DNA of 32,000 bases, from the NCBI RefSeq assembly GCF_039383305.1, contig NZ_CP135009.1:180001-212000 (forward strand). Direction: 5' to 3'. This document shows, in pieces, positions 28,096-32,000 of the stretch (position 1 is the stretch's first letter; each line of letters starts with the position of its first letter). This stretch comes from Candidatus Saccharimonadota bacterium (GTDB taxonomy: Bacteria; Pseudomonadota; Gammaproteobacteria; Enterobacterales; Enterobacteriaceae). The position numbers and the translations under genes were made by a program. The notes beneath the pieces were generated by a model, which was not told where the DNA came from, searched no databases, and saw nothing but the letters and a program-made list of their open reading frames with translations.

Positions 28096-28869
28096 TTAAA
28101 AAATTTTTTGTAATATTAAACGTAAAAAATTATTATTACCTGCTAATATATTTTTTTTGAAAATATCATTAGAATTTTCAAAAAAATTGTTTATTAATGC
28201 ACCAGACTCTAAAATTTGTAGTTCTCCAGCTATAAAATTTGATAATTTTATATTAAAACCGACAAAAAAATCAAATTTTCCAGATGCTAAATATGCTAAA
28301 TCTAAAGATAAACAACCTGTTTGTCTAATATAATTTTCTTTTTTGAAAAATTTTTGAAATAAAAAAAAATTTTTTTTTGTAAAATTTTCTTTAGAATTTA
28401 AAAAATAAATATGAATTATACTATGTAAAAAAATATTATGAGTACTACATCGTATTCTATATCCATTTAATTGAGCTCCTTTTCCTTTAATAGCAGTAAA
28501 CAAATCATTTTTTATTGGATCATAAATAACTGAAATTTTTTTTACATTGTTTTCAATAATTACAATAGATATACAAAAATGTGGTATTTTATGTAAAAAG
28601 TTTATTTTTCCATCTAATGTATTAATAATCCATTTTTTTTTTTTTTCTGTTTTAAAATTATTATATAAAGTATTTTTAAGAATGAGATCATTAGGATAAA
28701 CTTTTAAAATAACTTCTGAAATTATATTAAAAGAAATATTTTGAATATTTTTTAAATATTTTTTAGTTTCTATAGACTTTCCAAAAATATTATTTTTATC
28801 ATAATTTTGAGCGATAAAATTACCACCTTTTCTAATTGCTCGAATAGCTATATTTAGTATCGGATGCAT
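28096..28869 (-). CDS. suhB: SuhB (inositol monophosphatase family / rRNA antitermination factor), catalytic motifs degenerate
   Basis: 257-aa ORF. MHPILNIAIRAIRKGGNFIAQNYD matches E. coli MHPMLNIAVRAARKAGNLIAKNYE. VIYDPIKNDLFTAIKGKGAQLNGYRIR and RQTGCLSLDLAYLASGKFDFF are collinear. The metal-binding motifs are substituted (see findings). Confidence 0.88.
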   Translation of the reverse strand: MHPILNIAIRAIRKGGNFIAQNYDKNNIFGKSIETKKYLKNIQNISFNIISEVILKVYPNDLILKNTLYNNFKTEKKKKWIINTLDGKINFLHKIPHFCISIVIIENNVKKISVIYDPIKNDLFTAIKGKGAQLNGYRIRCSTHNIFLHSIIHIYFLNSKENFTKKNFFLFQKFFKKENYIRQTGCLSLDLAYLASGKFDFFVGFNIKLSNFIAGELQILESGALINNFFENSNDIFKKNILAGNNNFLRLILQKIF

Positions 28870-29056
28870 ATTTGTTTAATCCATAAAATATTTAAGATAT
28901 ATTTTTGTAAAAAAAATATTATATAATATATAATATTTTTTTTTGATAAAAAGATATAAAAAATTAATATTTATAAAATTTTTTATATTCTAACAGGAAT
29001 TTAAAATTTTTAATAATAATTCAAAATTATTATGTTTTTATTTTTTAGGAAGTATT

Positions 29057-30148
29057 ATGTTAATAAATAAATTATGTAAAGAAAAAAAATTAAAAAAAAT
29101 TAATTTATTAAGTTTAAATATTACAAAAATGGAAAATTTTTGTATTTTTTTAGGAGAAAAAAAATTTAGAGCGTCGCAAATTATGTATTGGATTTATCAA
29201 AAGTTTTATAAAAATTTTGATAAAATGACGAATTTAAGTAAAATATTTATTAAAAAATTGAAAAAATATGCATTTGTAAAAACACCTCTTTTAAAATTTC
29301 AAGAAATTTCAAAAGATGGTACGATTAAATTAGGATTTGAATTAAATAAAAAAATTATAGAAACTATATATATTCCAGAAAAAAAAAGAATAACTTTATG
29401 TATTTCTTCTCAAATAGGATGTCCTTTAAAATGTAATTTTTGTGCTACCGGAAAATTAGGATTTTTTCGAAATTTATTAGTAGAAGAAATTATAGGTCAA
29501 GTTTGGTATGTAATGCGGCAATCATATAAAAAAAAAAAATTATATAAAAAAATTACTAATATCGTCATGATGGGAATGGGAGAGCCATTATTAAATTTTC
29601 ACAATATTCAAATAGTTTTAGATATTTTATTACATAAAAATTGTAGTAATTTTTCTAAACATAAAATTACTGTATCGACTGCAGGTATAGTACCAGCTTT
29701 AATAAAAATGAAAAAAAAACTTGATATTTCTTTAGCAATTTCTTTACATGCTTCAAACAATGAAATACGTAATTCTTTAATGCCGATAAATTATAAATAT
29801 AATATTCAAGAATTAATTTTTGCTGTTAAAAATTATTTAAAAATTTCTAAAGCAAACCGTAGTCGCGTTACAATTGAATATGTTATGTTAAAAGATATTA
29901 ATGATCAAAAAAAACATGCAAAAGAATTAATAAAATTATTAAAAAATTTGTCTTGTAAAATTAATTTAATTCCGTGGAATCCAATTCCTAATTCTTTATA
30001 TGTTTCTAGTCCTATGGAAAATATTATAAATTTTTCAAAAATTTTAATGCAAAAAGGTTTTGTTACTTTAATCCGTAAAAATAGAGGTATGGATATTAAT
30101 GCAGCATGTGGACAATTATCAGGTCAAAAAAAATTAAAAAATTTTTAA
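29057..30148 (+). CDS. rlmN: Dual-specificity RNA methyltransferase RlmN (23S rRNA m2A2503 / tRNA m2A37, radical SAM)
   Basis: 363-aa ORF with KKINLLSLN...FLGEKKFRASQIMYWIY and the radical-SAM motif CISSQIGCPLKCNFCATG. MMGMGEPLLN, IEYVMLKDINDQ, KINLIPWNP and AACGQL (second catalytic Cys) are also present. Confidence 0.94.
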   Translation: MLINKLCKEKKLKKINLLSLNITKMENFCIFLGEKKFRASQIMYWIYQKFYKNFDKMTNLSKIFIKKLKKYAFVKTPLLKFQEISKDGTIKLGFELNKKIIETIYIPEKKRITLCISSQIGCPLKCNFCATGKLGFFRNLLVEEIIGQVWYVMRQSYKKKKLYKKITNIVMMGMGEPLLNFHNIQIVLDILLHKNCSNFSKHKITVSTAGIVPALIKMKKKLDISLAISLHASNNEIRNSLMPINYKYNIQELIFAVKNYLKISKANRSRVTIEYVMLKDINDQKKHAKELIKLLKNLSCKINLIPWNPIPNSLYVSSPMENIINFSKILMQKGFVTLIRKNRGMDINAACGQLSGQKKLKNF

Positions 30149-30293
30149 ATTAATTTTTTATTAAATATATATTTAAAAAATAAAAAAATAATAAAATATA
30201 ATATTTTTAAAATATTAAATATTTTAAGTTTAGTATTTTTTTTATAGAAAATATACAAGAAATTTTTATTTACATGATTTTTAAGGGAATATA

Positions 30294-31571
30294 ATGAAAT
30301 ATCGATATCAATCTATTCGAGGTATGCACGATTTTTTTTTAGAAGAAATGCAATATTTAAATTATTTAGAAGTAAACCTTAAAAATATTTTAAATTCTTA
30401 TAGTTTTTCAGAAATACGTTTTCCAATTCTTGAAACTTCTGAAATTTTTGAAAAAATTATTGGTAATAATACAGAAATTGTTCAAAAAGAAATGTATAAT
30501 TTTTTAGATCGAAAAAAAAAAAAAATTTCATTAAGACCTGAAGGAACAGCAAGTTGTATCCGAGCTTGCATTCAACACAATTTGTTTCAGAATAATGTCA
30601 TACAAAAATTATGGTATTTAGGGCCTATGTTTCGTTATGAAAGACCTCAGAAAGGCAGATTTCGTCAATTTCATCAATTAGGAATTGAAAATTTTGGTAT
30701 TTCAAATATAATTTCAGATCTTGAATTATTAAAAATAAATATTAATATTTGGAAATTTTTTAATATTTTTGATAAAGTAACATTAGAAATTAATTCAATA
30801 GGATCTTTAAAAATTCGTCAAAAATACGCATTAGAATTAAAAAAATTTTTAAAAAATTATGAACATACTTTTTCTATATCAGAAAAAAAATTATTATTTT
30901 TTAATCCTATTCGTTTATTAGATAGTAAATGTAAAAATGTTCAAAATTTAATTACTAAAGGTCCATGTTTAACTGATTTTTTAGAAAAAAAATCTAAAAA
31001 TAGATTTAAAAAATTATGTTTTTTTTTAGATCATAATAATATTCCATATATAATTAATCTAAATTTAGTACGAGGATTAGATTATTATAATGATACAGTT
31101 TTTGAATGGAAAACTCGGTTTTTAGGTTCCCAAAATACTATTTGTGCTGGAGGGAGGTATGATAATTTAGTTTCTATATTAGGAGGACCTAAAATTCCTT
31201 CAATAGGATGCGCTATTGGAATGGAAAGATTATTATTATTATGTAAAACAAATGTTAAATATTTTATTTCTGATATTTCAAAGATTTATTTAAGTATATT
31301 TTGTAATAATCCTGTATATAATTTTTTTATTTTAAAAATTGCAGAAAAATTGCGTTATTTATGGCCTTTTTTAAAAATTAATTCAGATTTTTCAAATTTT
31401 AAATTTTCAAAAATTATTAAAACTACAATATTAAAAAAAATAAAATTTTTGTTAATTATAGAAGAAAAAAAATTTTTTTATAATAAAATTATTATTAAAA
31501 ATTTATTTACAAAAATACAATATAGTGTGAAATTAAATCGTATTTTTAAGAAACCATGTTTATTTATATAA
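30294..31571 (+). CDS. hisS: Histidyl-tRNA synthetase
   Basis: 425-aa ORF with IRGMHDFF, LRPEGTASCIRA and motif 2 WYLGPMFRYERPQKGRFRQFHQLGIE. VRGLDYYNDTVFEW and motif 3 CAGGRYDNLV...GCAIGMERLLLL are present. An AAGGGA Shine-Dalgarno lies upstream. Confidence 0.95.
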   Translation: MKYRYQSIRGMHDFFLEEMQYLNYLEVNLKNILNSYSFSEIRFPILETSEIFEKIIGNNTEIVQKEMYNFLDRKKKKISLRPEGTASCIRACIQHNLFQNNVIQKLWYLGPMFRYERPQKGRFRQFHQLGIENFGISNIISDLELLKININIWKFFNIFDKVTLEINSIGSLKIRQKYALELKKFLKNYEHTFSISEKKLLFFNPIRLLDSKCKNVQNLITKGPCLTDFLEKKSKNRFKKLCFFLDHNNIPYIINLNLVRGLDYYNDTVFEWKTRFLGSQNTICAGGRYDNLVSILGGPKIPSIGCAIGMERLLLLCKTNVKYFISDISKIYLSIFCNNPVYNFFILKIAEKLRYLWPFLKINSDFSNFKFSKIIKTTILKKIKFLLIIEEKKFFYNKIIIKNLFTKIQYSVKLNRIFKKPCLFI

Positions 31572-31652
31572 AAAATTTCTTTAAATAATAAATGTAATAT
31601 AATATTTTTTATATTAAATAAATTTAATATTATTTAAATCATCGAGTCTCTA

Positions 31653-32000
31653 ATGGAAAATTCTACTAAAATATTATTTGATTCTAAAATTGAAAATTTA
31701 ATATTACAAGAAAAAAAAAGACAACAAAATACAATTAATTTGATAGCATCTGAAAATTATACTAGTAAAACTGTTATGGAAGCACAAGGATCATGTTTAA
31801 CAAATAAATATGCTGAAGGATATATTTCTAAAAGATTTTATAATGGTTGTATTATAATAGATAAAATTGAAGAAATAGCTATTCAAAGAGCTAAAAAATT
31901 ATTTTCAGTTGAATATGCTAATGTACAACCACATTCAGGATCTCAAGCTAATGCTGCTATTTTCTTAGCTCTTTTAAAACCTGGAGATATTATTTTAGGT
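31653..32000 (+). CDS. glyA: Serine hydroxymethyltransferase, 5' part (continues beyond the window)
   Basis: This is not in the ORF track because it runs off the window, so I translated it by hand from the ATG at 31653. The product is [57 protein letters not shown]...[29 protein letters not shown]. It is collinear with E. coli GlyA ([30 protein letters not shown]...[29 protein letters not shown]). The frame is open for all 116 codons to the window end. Confidence 0.93.
   Translation, partial: MENSTKILFDSKIENLILQEKKRQQNTINLIASENYTSKTVMEAQGSCLTNKYAEGYISKRFYNGCIIIDKIEEIAIQRAKKLFSVEYANVQPHSGSQANAAIFLALLKPGDIILG

Overview
This is an extremely AT-rich, gene-dense window with no mobile elements. 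It looks like a reduced gammaproteobacterial insect endosymbiont. The 16S rRNA signatures and the gene order (dnaE?)-proS-flhB-flhA-argS-rrs-tRNAIle-tRNAAla-rnhA-dnaQ-tRNAAsp-grpE-smpB-tadA-acpS-era-rnc-lepB-lepA-mnmA-fabI-rnb-ychE-lipB-lipA-sppA-yciA-yciC-rluB-suhB-rlmN-hisS-glyA match my memory of Buchnera aphidicola, probably a highly reduced lineage. That assignment needs a database search to confirm. I call 31 protein genes (two are partial, at the window edges), one 16S rRNA and three tRNAs. All are housekeeping genes for translation, RNA processing, the secretion/flagellar export core, lipoate and fatty-acid synthesis. I found no CRISPR array, transposon, phage, toxin-antitoxin or defence locus, and no unexplained large ORF or large non-coding block, so I do not claim a novel system. 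The observations most worth follow-up are listed below. (1) FlhB has lost the NPTH autocleavage motif. (2) SuhB has lost its recognisable metal-binding catalytic residues while a boxA-like rRNA antitermination element survives upstream of rrs. (3) The rrs-tRNA unit has no 23S/5S genes downstream, has candidate flanking processing complementarity, and its tRNAs lack an encoded CCA. (4) Many long in-frame poly(A) tracts occur in essential genes. (5) Clean synteny gaps mark lost genes: trpDCBA, yciB, recO-pdxJ, rodZ-ispG and flhE. (6) T(n)A(n) tracts recur in the spacers. All protein identifications come from by-eye comparison with E. coli sequences recalled from memory. No search was run.
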